64,000 nucleotides of DNA from a virus. The stretch covers positions 32,001 to 96,000 of IMG/VR virus record IMGVR_UViG_3300046616_000431. One strand, given 5' to 3'. Position 1 is the stretch's first letter. Every line of letters begins with the position of its first letter. The position numbers and the translations under genes were made by a program. Of the stretch, positions 47,004 through 56,155 are shown piece by piece. The notes beneath the pieces were generated by a model. That model was not told the origin of the DNA and searched no databases. It saw only the letters and a program-made list of their open reading frames with translations.

Positions 47004-47893
47004 CCCGGCCGATACTCCTGGTGGACGGCAACAACCTGCTGATCCGCGCCGTCGAGGCCACCCGCCGGGTCGCCATGAACGCCCCCGACGGCACCGACAC
47101 CAGCGCGCTGGTCACCTTCACCTCGACCCTGTCCCGCTACACCCGGCAGATCCGGCCGTACAAGGTCACGGTCCTCTGGGACAGCACCAGCGCGCAGGTG
47201 CCGAACTGGCGCAAGAGCATCTACCCGCCGTACAAGGCCAACCGGCCCACCGCGCCTGATGCGTACGGGCGGAACTCCCGCGAGATGGTCACGACCTTCC
47301 TGCGGCTCGCCGGGATCCCTCAGCTCGGCGTCTGGGGCCAGGAGGCCGACGACCTGATCGGCTCGTACTGGCGCAGGCTCAACATGCCCATGACCATCCT
47401 GTCCAACGACAAGGATCTCCTGCAGCTCGTCGGCACGACCCCGCGCGGCGCCCAGTGCGACCAGATCCGAATATCCAGCGCCGACACCGCCACCGAGTAC
47501 TGGACGGCGGACCGAGTCGAGGAGCACTACGGCTGCACCCCCGAGCAGCTCCCGCTCGTCCTCGCGCTCTGGGGAGACTCCTCGGACAACATCCCCGGCG
47601 TCCCCGGCATCGGCGTGAAGTTCGCCGTCAAGCACCTCTCGGCCGCCGGATGGGACCTCGACAAGGTCGCCCACAAGGGCATCCAGGACCACCGCAAGGA
47701 AATCGCGGTGTACCACCAGCTCATCGACCTGCGCGGGCCTCAGTACAGCCTCGACGGCGTGCTCCCGGCCCCGCCGCCGTTCATGCCGACCTCGCCGGGC
47801 GCCGACAAGGCGTGGAAGGACCTGTACGCGTTCCTCTCCGGCTACGGAATGACACGGACGATCACGCGCCTGGCCAGCGGCGAACTCTGGTAG
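47000..47893 (+). CDS. 5'-3' exonuclease / flap endonuclease (Pol I N-terminal-like)
   Basis: LLVDGNNL, YKANR, EADDLIG, SNDKDLLQL, GDSSDNIPGVPGIG. Confidence 0.95.
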   Translation: MTRPILLVDGNNLLIRAVEATRRVAMNAPDGTDTSALVTFTSTLSRYTRQIRPYKVTVLWDSTSAQVPNWRKSIYPPYKANRPTAPDAYGRNSREMVTTFLRLAGIPQLGVWGQEADDLIGSYWRRLNMPMTILSNDKDLLQLVGTTPRGAQCDQIRISSADTATEYWTADRVEEHYGCTPEQLPLVLALWGDSSDNIPGVPGIGVKFAVKHLSAAGWDLDKVAHKGIQDHRKEIAVYHQLIDLRGPQYSLDGVLPAPPPFMPTSPGADKAWKDLYAFLSGYGMTRTITRLASGELW

Positions 47894-47902
47894 GCCAGTT
47901 TC

Positions 47903-47931
47903 TTGCCCCCGGCATGCAGCCGGGATAGCTT
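47903..47931 (+). promoter_or_regulatory. Housekeeping-sigma-like promoter with palindromic spacer
   Basis: TTGCCC-N17-TAGCTT; CCCGGC..GCCGGG in the spacer. Confidence 0.5.
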
Positions 47932-48019
47932 CAAGGTGCCTCCCCGCCAAGAGGCCGAATCCCACGGCAGACAGCACTGATTTGCCGTGCCCAGCCACCG
48001 CCAGGTTGGAGCTATCAAC

Positions 48020-48457
48020 TTGATCAACTTCGCCCCCGCCGCGCCGTACGGCAAGGCCGCTCAAACTGTCGCGAAGCCGAAGAGCGGCACTGTCCGGACA
48101 GTCGAGCCGACTTCCCCCGGCATCCAGTCCGCCATGACTCGCCCGCTGCCCGCCACGGCCGCCACGGACCTTCTGAGCAGCCCCACGGACTGGGACTGGC
48201 AGCAGCTGCGCGACTACGTGATGCGCTCCGTCGCCGAGCGCCACGGCCCGCAGCCCGCCATGGACCCGGTCAAGATCCGGTCCATCTTCCAGTCCTTCGC
48301 GCAGCGCTGGGGCAACCAGGCCGGGCCCATCGCCCGCTTCGCGTTCGAGGAGCAGGACGGCTTCTGGCGCAGCGCCCCGGTCACCCCCTTCAAGTTCGTC
48401 AAGAAGTGGGACCCGCACTTCGCGGGCCCGATCAGCGAGCGGCTGGCCGATGCCTGA
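48020..48457 (+). CDS. Hypothetical protein, upstream of helicase loader
   Basis: GGAG RBS + TTG 48020. Confidence 0.6.
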   Translation: MINFAPAAPYGKAAQTVAKPKSGTVRTVEPTSPGIQSAMTRPLPATAATDLLSSPTDWDWQQLRDYVMRSVAERHGPQPAMDPVKIRSIFQSFAQRWGNQAGPIARFAFEEQDGFWRSAPVTPFKFVKKWDPHFAGPISERLADA

Positions 48458-48722
48458 GCCCGCCTGCTGCCCCAACTCCTACGTCCGCCCCATCGACGGC
48501 GGCCTGGAGATCGAGGACGGCTCCGAACGCTGCTGCGGCCCCGAAGGCCACGTTCTCCTGAACGTGGAGGAGTGGCACGACGCCATGTACCGCTGGGAGC
48601 AAGAGCTGCTCGACGAGCACATCCGCGCGGTGCTGCCGCCCGGGACCAAGCTGCCGGTCGTCGTGGACGTCCCAGTGATGATTCCAGTCCAGTCCGAATA
48701 CATCACCATCAAGTTCGCCTGA
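48450..48722 (+). CDS. Hypothetical protein
   Basis: Overlapping start; codon bias. Confidence 0.5.
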   Translation: MPEPACCPNSYVRPIDGGLEIEDGSERCCGPEGHVLLNVEEWHDAMYRWEQELLDEHIRAVLPPGTKLPVVVDVPVMIPVQSEYITIKFA

Positions 48723-48769
48723 TCCACCCTGCCCGGCCGCCAACGGGCCCTCATCAAGGACCGCCAACC

Positions 48770-49606
48770 TTGAAACCGCCACCCAAGCCTGACGCCTGCA
48801 TGCCGCTGTCCAACCCGGACTTCGAGCGCCTGAAGGCCACCTACCCGAAGCTCTGGGTCGATCCGAAGCGCGAGTGCAAGACCTGCCTGAAGCAGAACGG
48901 CAACACCTACCGCTGGTGGGCCGACAGCACCCGCACCGAGATCGCCACCTACGAGTGCGACTGCACCGCCCAGTGGCTGATGCACCTCTGGTTCCTCAAC
49001 GCGGGCATCGGCCTCAACTACCAGCGGCTCACCTGGGACGACGTCTCCGCCGTGGGCCCGGACATCGTTGCGCAGATCGGCGACTACGCCCTGAACGCGG
49101 CCCGCCGCGTCTCCGACGGCCGCAACCTCGTCCTGTGGTCGACCGGCCCCGGCACCGGCAAGACGCTGCTGCTCACGCTGCTGCTCAAGACGCTCATGGT
49201 GCAGGGCTACCAGGTCCACTTCAGCCAGTTCAACGAGATCATCGACCTCTTCACCAACTCCTGGCGCGACAAGGCCGAGCGCGAGCAGTGGACCCGCCGC
49301 GTACGCAACGTCGACGCCCTCGGCATGGACGACATGGGCAAGGAGCACAAGGGCCGCCTGGAGATGGTCGAGGCCATGGTCGACCAGATCGTCCGCGCCC
49401 GCGTCTCCGACTCCCGGCCCATGGCCATCACCTCCAACTTCACCCCCCAGCAGATGCAGGAGGGGTACGGCGGCTACGTCATGAGCCTGCTCAGCGAGCA
49501 GGCCGACTTCATCGAGGTCACCGGTAGCGACTTCCGGCCCCGCCGCCGCGAACTGACCGCCCAGGAGGCCGCCCTCGGCCTCGCCCGACCGATTGCAGCG
49601 GTGTGA
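48770..49606 (+). CDS. DnaC/IstB-like helicase loader
   Basis: CKTC...CDC Zn motif; GPGTGKT; MDDMGKE; ITSN; AAGGA RBS + TTG. Confidence 0.88.
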   Translation: MKPPPKPDACMPLSNPDFERLKATYPKLWVDPKRECKTCLKQNGNTYRWWADSTRTEIATYECDCTAQWLMHLWFLNAGIGLNYQRLTWDDVSAVGPDIVAQIGDYALNAARRVSDGRNLVLWSTGPGTGKTLLLTLLLKTLMVQGYQVHFSQFNEIIDLFTNSWRDKAEREQWTRRVRNVDALGMDDMGKEHKGRLEMVEAMVDQIVRARVSDSRPMAITSNFTPQQMQEGYGGYVMSLLSEQADFIEVTGSDFRPRRRELTAQEAALGLARPIAAV

Positions 49607-50211
49607 CCATGTCGAACGATGATTTTTACAGGACTTCCGCGATCCTGCGGGGCGAGACCCTTCACAAGGTAGGCCCGGCGGCCCCCGTGGTGAACGCGGT
49701 CGGGAACGGAGTGTGGACCCATAACCCCACCCCTGCGCCGGTCGCCATGCCGCGCTCCTTCAGCCACGCCGCTGCCGGTGTGGACGAGCAGGTCAAGCAC
49801 GGCAGAGCAAAGCTGGACGCCCTGCGCAACCAGCTGAAGTCGTTCTCGGACCAGCTCATCGACATGGACATCGCGGTCGCCCGGATGACCAACAGTCTCC
49901 ACGGGCCAGGCAGCGAACTCGCTGACGCCAACGAGAAGATCGAGCGCCTGGAAGCGCGCGTCGCGGCTCTGATCAAGGAAGCCCAGCGCCAGAAGAGGCG
50001 CGCAGAGCGCGCCGAGATCCAGCAGCCCGACATCGAGAAGAGCAAGCCCGGCGAGGTCGCCTTCCTGCGCCGCACGCCCGGCGACGCCATCCGGTACTTC
50101 GCCACCGAGGTCATGAAGCACGGTGAGCTCGACATCAATGCCGAGCTGATGGGCGCCGCCATGGGCCTGCGCATGGTCGCCGACGAAGTGGATCGGCTGC
50201 CGCAGGGATGA
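49603..50211 (+). CDS. Hypothetical coiled-coil protein
   Basis: GTGA overlap; heptad-rich centre. Confidence 0.55.
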   Translation: MTMSNDDFYRTSAILRGETLHKVGPAAPVVNAVGNGVWTHNPTPAPVAMPRSFSHAAAGVDEQVKHGRAKLDALRNQLKSFSDQLIDMDIAVARMTNSLHGPGSELADANEKIERLEARVAALIKEAQRQKRRAERAEIQQPDIEKSKPGEVAFLRRTPGDAIRYFATEVMKHGELDINAELMGAAMGLRMVADEVDRLPQG

Positions 50212-51512
50212 GCACACACGCTGAGGCCACCCTGTACGCCTCGCTGACCGACGTGGACGCGCTGGAGCAGCTGGCCGACACCGGCCTGGCGCCCGAGTGC
50301 ATACCGATGGAGGGCATGCGCGACGTCGTCGCCTATGCCGTCGAGTACTTCCACCGCTCCGGCCGGACCAAGGCCCCCTCCCGTGAGCTGCTCATGGAGC
50401 AGTGGGGCAAGCGGCTGGAGCAGTGCCAGGTCACGCTGCCCGAAGCAGACGTACAGGTCGACGAGGTCTGGGCCGCGATCGAGTACCTGCGCTCCCAGTA
50501 CGTCCTCGCCGAGTCTCAGCGAGTCCAGCGGGACATCGCCGTCGAGATCGCCCAGGCCGAGGCCCACGAGCGCGTGGAGGCCATCCACAAGGCCGCCGCG
50601 TTGTTCCATCACCTGTCCATGTCGGTCCGGGACCGCTCGGCCGAGGTCGAGGGCATCACCGGCCTGCGGGCCTCGCTGGCCCGCTACGACCAGCGTGCCG
50701 CCGCCCCGAAGGTCATCACCGGCATGTCGCTCGGGATCCTCGCGGTGGACGAACACTGCCTCGGCATCCACGACGGCGAGATCTGCACCTGGGCCGCCCC
50801 GCCCAAGGGCGCCAAGTCCTGGACGTCCACCCACGTCGCCCACACCGAGTGGAAGCGCGACCGGGTCGTCGTCCTCTACACGCTGGAGAACAGCGTGCAG
50901 ATGTCGTACGACCGGCTGGCCTGCCAGATCTGCTGCGTCGACTACCGCGAGTACCAGAAGGGCACCTGCAGCCCCGAGGAGGTCGACCGCGTCCGCGAGT
51001 GGCTCGACACCAACGAGGCCGACCTGAAGGACGGGCTGCACATCCTGTCCCCGGACGCAGGCCGCCGCACCCCGGCCGCCCTGGTCCGCCAGGCCCAGTC
51101 CTACGGCGCGAAGTCGATCATCATCGACCAGCTGAGCCACATCGAGCACCCCAGCCCCGACCCGCGCCGGGCGCAGCACCAGAAGATCGCCGAAATCATG
51201 GCCGAGCTGTCCACGATCATCACCACCGGCCACCAGCAGCTGCCGATCTTCCTGAACGCCCAGATCAACCGCGAGGGCGTGGCCGCCGCCAGCAAGGCCG
51301 GACGGCTGGAGCTGCAGCACCTCGCCGAGTCGGCCGCCATCGAGCGGTACAGCAGCTGGGTGTTCGGCCTCCTCCGCTCGGAGACCGAGATCGCCGCCGG
51401 TATGGCGACCCTGCAGATGCTCGCCTCCCGCCGCATGGACCTCAAGAACTGGCGGATGGCCTGGGAGCCCTGGTACGGCACCCAGCACTCCCTCGGCGAG
51501 GTGACCCTGTGA
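50208..51512 (+). CDS. DnaB-like replicative helicase
   Basis: AAPPKGAKS Walker A variant, YTLE, IIIDQL, AQINR, LAESAAIER. Confidence 0.88.
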   Translation: MSTHAEATLYASLTDVDALEQLADTGLAPECIPMEGMRDVVAYAVEYFHRSGRTKAPSRELLMEQWGKRLEQCQVTLPEADVQVDEVWAAIEYLRSQYVLAESQRVQRDIAVEIAQAEAHERVEAIHKAAALFHHLSMSVRDRSAEVEGITGLRASLARYDQRAAAPKVITGMSLGILAVDEHCLGIHDGEICTWAAPPKGAKSWTSTHVAHTEWKRDRVVVLYTLENSVQMSYDRLACQICCVDYREYQKGTCSPEEVDRVREWLDTNEADLKDGLHILSPDAGRRTPAALVRQAQSYGAKSIIIDQLSHIEHPSPDPRRAQHQKIAEIMAELSTIITTGHQQLPIFLNAQINREGVAAASKAGRLELQHLAESAAIERYSSWVFGLLRSETEIAAGMATLQMLASRRMDLKNWRMAWEPWYGTQHSLGEVTL

Positions 51513-51766
51513 CCGCCCCGATCATCCACGAGCTGATGACGACGATTTACGTCACCGGCGACGAGATCTTCCCCATCGAGGAGTTCACGAGAAACGACCT
51601 CGTCCGGCGGTTCCTCCAAGACGCCCCCTGCCTGGAAGGGCGCGAGGAGGCGGTCATGGTCACCTCGGAACCCCTGGTCACCCTTCCACAAGCGCAGTTC
51701 TACAGCGCGAGGGCCCTCTGCCCCACCCCCGACACCTGCTCACTCCCGAGAAAGGCGGACCGGTGA
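51509..51766 (+). CDS. Hypothetical protein
   Basis: GTGA overlaps on both sides. Confidence 0.5.
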   Translation: MTAPIIHELMTTIYVTGDEIFPIEEFTRNDLVRRFLQDAPCLEGREEAVMVTSEPLVTLPQAQFYSARALCPTPDTCSLPRKADR

Positions 51767-52425
51767 CTTTCCTCCCTTGCACCACCGCACCGGCCCTGTT
51801 CGACAGCATGGGCGGCCCTGACGACCCAGCTGTGATCGAGGCGAAGGCCCTCTGCAAGACCTGCCCGATGATCTTCATGTGCCGCCAGCAGGGCCGTGAC
51901 GGCCAGGAGTGGGGAGTCTGGGGCGGCGAGAGCCACATCGAGAGGAACCGGCTCATCGCGCGGGCGGAGGAGGAAACGGTCGAGTGCGGCACCTACCGCG
52001 CCCTGCAGATGCACCGCCTCCTCGGCGAGAAGTGCGAGGTCTGCCAGGAGGCCCGCCGCGAGCGTGAACGGGCCTACGACGCCAAGCGCCGTGAGGGCAA
52101 GAAGCTCGTCAAGGTCAAGAAGCCGATAGGCGGGTTCCGAGAGAAATCCCCCTGCCCCTCGTACGGCGCCTACAAGCGGCACATCAAGCGCAAGGAAGAC
52201 CCGGGCCCGTGCGGCTGCCGCGAGGCGTACCGCATCGCCCGGAAGGCCGAGCGTGACGCCCAGCCGAAGAAGGAGCGGGACCACACGCCCTGCCCCTCCT
52301 CGGCGGGCTACCGGCGGCACCAGCGCAGAGGTGAGGCCGGGATCGAGTGCGGCTGCCGGGAGGCGAGCCGGAAGGCCAACAGCAAGAGCGAGAAGGCCAA
52401 GCGCAAGGCAGGGGCTGTCGCATGA
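51763..52425 (+). CDS. whiB: WhiB-family transcription factor with repeated Cys/His C-terminal motifs
   Basis: C...AKALCKTCP...C...GVWGG; three 'Y..H...E..C..CREA' repeats. Confidence 0.85.
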   Translation: MTFLPCTTAPALFDSMGGPDDPAVIEAKALCKTCPMIFMCRQQGRDGQEWGVWGGESHIERNRLIARAEEETVECGTYRALQMHRLLGEKCEVCQEARRERERAYDAKRREGKKLVKVKKPIGGFREKSPCPSYGAYKRHIKRKEDPGPCGCREAYRIARKAERDAQPKKERDHTPCPSSAGYRRHQRRGEAGIECGCREASRKANSKSEKAKRKAGAVA

Positions 52426-52712
52426 GCGACCGGTCCTGGCTCTGGGCCTTCGGCGGCGAGCCGGACGGCCGCTGCCCCAAGTGCCTGATCACGCCAGTCA
52501 TGACCGAGTACCACGACGCCGTCGTGGTCGGCATGTGCAAGGAGAAGCGTGACGTCGCCCTGGCGCTGGCTGAATACCCGGAGCACGTCCCTGACGAGGC
52601 CACCGAGCACCTCTGCCGGGGGTGCCCCGTGTGCAGCTTCACCTGGAGCGAGCGCGTGGCCACCGCAGAGGACATGAAGCGGGCCCAGGGGCTGGTCAGC
52701 AGTGACAACTGA
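52422..52712 (+). CDS. Hypothetical Zn-binding protein
   Basis: CPKC...CPVC; ATGA overlap. Confidence 0.55.
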   Translation: MSDRSWLWAFGGEPDGRCPKCLITPVMTEYHDAVVVGMCKEKRDVALALAEYPEHVPDEATEHLCRGCPVCSFTWSERVATAEDMKRAQGLVSSDN

Positions 52713-53802
52713 CCTTGACCAGCTGACCGCCCTGCCCGAGGCCCACAAGGCGAAGCTGGCCCGTGACGCCCTGGCCTCCATCGGCATTGACGTCAAGCGC
52801 GAGCAGGGCGACGAGCTGATCATCGCCTGCCCGATCGGCGGCTACCACAAGGACCAGGACCGCAACCCCACCGGCGCCCTGAACGCCTCCAAACTGCTCT
52901 ACAACTGCCTCGGCTGCCAGGCCAGGGGAACTCTCCTGTGGCTGATCGCCACAGTGCGCGGCGACGACGACATCGAGCAGGCCCGCCAGTGGCTCTCCGG
53001 CGAGGCCGGGCTCACCCGGGCCATGGAACTCCCGGCCCTCCTCGACCTGTTCGACTCGCTCTACACCGAGAAGACCCGGGCGCCCATGCCGGTCTACAGC
53101 CCGCGCATGCTGGAGCGCTGGGAGGGCGTCCCCGACTACATCGTCGGCGAGCGTGGCATCCCGATCGAGACGTGCGAGCGGATGGGCATCTGCACCGACC
53201 CTGACGGCTTCATGGGGCCGCCGGAGAACCGCGTACGGACCGGCCCCCGGGCCGTCATCCCGCACTACTGGCAGGGCGAGCTTGTCGGCTGGCAGTCCCG
53301 CCGCCTGCCCAATGCCGATCCGACAGCCCCGAAGTACCTCTCGACCCCGTCCTTCCCCCGCGACGAGACCGTCTACAACGACCTCCCGTACGAGGACGAC
53401 CTGGTGGTCGTCGAGTCACCCATGAGCAGCCTGCGACACCGGCACCACTCGCCGATCTCCGCGACATTCGGCAACGAGGTCACCGACCTGCAGCTCCGCT
53501 ACCTCGCCCGGAACCGCCGGAAGTTGACCTGGTGGATGGACAACGACGAGGCCGGATGGCGCGCGGTCGAGGGCTACCAGCGTGAGGGGAGCCGCTTCCG
53601 TGCGCCCGGCGCACCACAGCGGGCCTCAGCCTTCTGCGACAACTGGGTCGTCCGGAGCCCCTTCGCGGCCGACCCGGCCGACCTGTCCGACGAGGTCTAC
53701 GACATCGTCCTCGAATCAGCCGTGCCCTGGCAGGTCTGGACCCGGCCGGAGAAGCTGTTCTGCCACCGCTGCCTCAACGTCGCCCACCGGGGCGGGTGCT
53801 GA
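52702..53802 (+). CDS. DNA primase (Zn-binding + TOPRIM)
   Basis: CP...H.D..P...YNCLGC; LVGWQSR..PKYL; VVVES; MDNDEAG. Confidence 0.88.
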   Translation: MTTDLDQLTALPEAHKAKLARDALASIGIDVKREQGDELIIACPIGGYHKDQDRNPTGALNASKLLYNCLGCQARGTLLWLIATVRGDDDIEQARQWLSGEAGLTRAMELPALLDLFDSLYTEKTRAPMPVYSPRMLERWEGVPDYIVGERGIPIETCERMGICTDPDGFMGPPENRVRTGPRAVIPHYWQGELVGWQSRRLPNADPTAPKYLSTPSFPRDETVYNDLPYEDDLVVVESPMSSLRHRHHSPISATFGNEVTDLQLRYLARNRRKLTWWMDNDEAGWRAVEGYQREGSRFRAPGAPQRASAFCDNWVVRSPFAADPADLSDEVYDIVLESAVPWQVWTRPEKLFCHRCLNVAHRGGC

Positions 53803-54254
53803 TGCGGCACGAGACCTTCCACCTCGGGCCCGATACCCACGTCAAGGACGGCGAGAACTGGATGGCCGACCACCGCGTGGACTGGGGGCCGCCCGTTCCG
53901 TTCAGGCCCGATGAAACCGTGACTCGGTTCGGTATCTACGCCTCCGACGGCACGATCGAAGCGATCGGCCCCGGCAAGATGAAGTTCCTGGGCCAGCAAC
54001 CCCTCTGCGTTGTTGAGGTCGGCGACACGCTGTGCTGGGACGGCACTCGTGTCCGGCTGCACCGCTCGCCCCGTCAAGGGGTGCAGACCTGTCGACGGAG
54101 GAGATTCAGCATGCTGAAGAAGCACGGCACCGGAACCCTGATCACGGACGACACCGAGGAAGGTCGTATCGTCCGTACGGCCGTCGCGCTCACCGAGGCG
54201 CAGCGTGCTGGCATCCTCGACGAGGGTGAAGAGACGGACACCGAGGGGGAGTAG
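53802..54254 (+). CDS. Hypothetical protein
   Basis: TGATG overlap. Confidence 0.5.
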   Translation: MRHETFHLGPDTHVKDGENWMADHRVDWGPPVPFRPDETVTRFGIYASDGTIEAIGPGKMKFLGQQPLCVVEVGDTLCWDGTRVRLHRSPRQGVQTCRRRRFSMLKKHGTGTLITDDTEEGRIVRTAVALTEAQRAGILDEGEETDTEGE

Positions 54255-54256
54255 GC

Positions 54257-55009
54257 GTGGCCGACCAGCCGCCTCTCCAGCTCGTCGGCCGCCCGGACAC
54301 CGCCATCGTGTCCACGAGTACCGCTCTGGTGCCCGTACGGGCGGCCGTGGTGTGTCACGACGTCAACGGCTACTACCGGGCCCTCGGCGTGGCGCCGGAC
54401 GCCACCAGGCGCGAGCTGCTGGCCGCCTACACCGCCCGCAACGGGCAGGGCGACGCCCGGCTCACGTACGTCTTCCACCAGCTCCTGAACGCCGACACAC
54501 GGGCCCGCTACGACGCCTCGCCCCTCGGCCAGCCCTTCCAGGACCGGTACGTACACGCCGAACTCCTGCGCCGCGCCAGCCTGTTCGCCTCCGCACAGAA
54601 CGCTCTCCACGGCACCCAGAACACGGCTGCCGACATTCTTAAATCTCACGGACTGGGGTCCGAAGAACCGAAGAACGAATTTCTTGATTCCACCTCCCCA
54701 GGACGCTTTAGTGATGACGGGAAGAGGGACCGCCAACCCTCTCCCAGCTCCCCGGCCACCCGGCCGTACTCCTACCTGCTCCTGGCCTCCACCTGCGACG
54801 ACGTGTCGCGGATGGACCAGTGGAGGGAAGGACTCGGCAGGGCCCTGGCGGCCCGGAACTGCCCGCGATTCGCGGTCGGATTCCACGGCATTCCAGGACA
54901 GCCGTTCTTCGTGGCGAAAGACCTCGGGACCCCCGTGTTCTTTCTCCACGAAGACCAGCCCGTGACGGGGGAGTTGATCGCGGCAGCCGCCACTGCCGCA
55001 GTCGGATAA
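54257..55009 (+). CDS. J-domain-like protein lacking HPD
   Basis: YYRALGVAPDAT..EL..AY ... LLNADTRARYD. Confidence 0.7.
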   Translation: MADQPPLQLVGRPDTAIVSTSTALVPVRAAVVCHDVNGYYRALGVAPDATRRELLAAYTARNGQGDARLTYVFHQLLNADTRARYDASPLGQPFQDRYVHAELLRRASLFASAQNALHGTQNTAADILKSHGLGSEEPKNEFLDSTSPGRFSDDGKRDRQPSPSSPATRPYSYLLLASTCDDVSRMDQWREGLGRALAARNCPRFAVGFHGIPGQPFFVAKDLGTPVFFLHEDQPVTGELIAAAATAAVG

Positions 55010-55045
55010 CCGACATCACCCGCCATCAGAACATCAGGAGCATTC

Positions 55046-56026
55046 GTGACCGCCAACACGAGCCCCGTCGTAGCCTTCCGCAAGGGCGGCAGCGCCGCCG
55101 AAGAGGCCGAGAAGGAGTCCAACGCCAGCGGCGGTCGCCGCGACAAGTCCCCGGACTACTTCTCCCTCAAGGAAGACCAGGCCTCCACCGTCATCCGTCT
55201 CCTGACGGACCACGACGACTGGATCTACGTCGAGCAGCACTCGTTTGTGCCGACCAAGGCCGCCCCCAAGGGTGTCGAGAAGTGGCCCAAGGCCATGACC
55301 TCCGTCTGCCGCAAGGACCCGGCCTTCGATGGCCACTACGGGGACTGCTACATCTGCGACAACAAGGTCAAGAACTCCTTCGGGAAGGTCGCCTCCTCCC
55401 GCATCCGCGTCTGGGCCCTGGCGGTCGAGCGCGAGCTGGTGCGCGGCGACGGCAGCGAGGCCCTCGGCGGCCCCGCGAAGAAGGGCGTCGTCATCGGCGT
55501 CCGGGACAAGGTCGACGAGGTCGACGAGCTGAACGCCGAGGGCAAGACCACCGGCAACAAGCTGAACTACCCGCGCCTCCTGGTGATCAACCAGCCCATG
55601 AAGGGCTTCTTCGCCAATCTCAAGGCGCTGCACGGCCTCTACGGCACCGTCTGTGACCGGGACTTCTCGATCACCCGCGACGGCACGGGCACGGACACGA
55701 ACTACAAGATCGTGCCCATCGACCCGATCCCCGACCTCAAGCCCGGCACCCCGGCCTGGGAGCTGTACACCCAGTCCGTCGCCGAGCGCCAGGTCGTCCT
55801 CGGCTCGATCGTCGCCGAGAAGGCCAGCGACGAGTACTACGGCCGCTTCTTTGACCCCTCCAAGGAAGTCGACAAGGACGGCAACGTCACCGACGTTGCA
55901 GCGGCGGCCACCGGCGCCGTCGCCGTGGGAGGCGTGATGAACCTCCCGAGTGCCACCGCGACTGACGCGGGCCTCTCGGCCGACATGCGAGACAAGATCC
56001 GCAACCTCGGCGCTCCGACCGGCTGA
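55046..56026 (+). CDS. Putative single-stranded DNA-binding protein (gp32-like)
   Basis: YFSLK...IRLL..H...C....CYIC; RDFSITRDGTGTDTNY; adjacent to polymerase. Confidence 0.65.
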   Translation: MTANTSPVVAFRKGGSAAEEAEKESNASGGRRDKSPDYFSLKEDQASTVIRLLTDHDDWIYVEQHSFVPTKAAPKGVEKWPKAMTSVCRKDPAFDGHYGDCYICDNKVKNSFGKVASSRIRVWALAVERELVRGDGSEALGGPAKKGVVIGVRDKVDEVDELNAEGKTTGNKLNYPRLLVINQPMKGFFANLKALHGLYGTVCDRDFSITRDGTGTDTNYKIVPIDPIPDLKPGTPAWELYTQSVAERQVVLGSIVAEKASDEYYGRFFDPSKEVDKDGNVTDVAAAATGAVAVGGVMNLPSATATDAGLSADMRDKIRNLGAPTG

Positions 56027-56155
56027 TCCAGCCAGGTCCCCAACACCCGGTCCGTCCCGGTGCCGTCAGATGCGGCGCTCAGCGATCACGTCGCTGCGTT
56101 CTTCCCCGGGGCGGACTGGTTCCATCACCCTCTTCATGCGCGAGGACCCACCACC

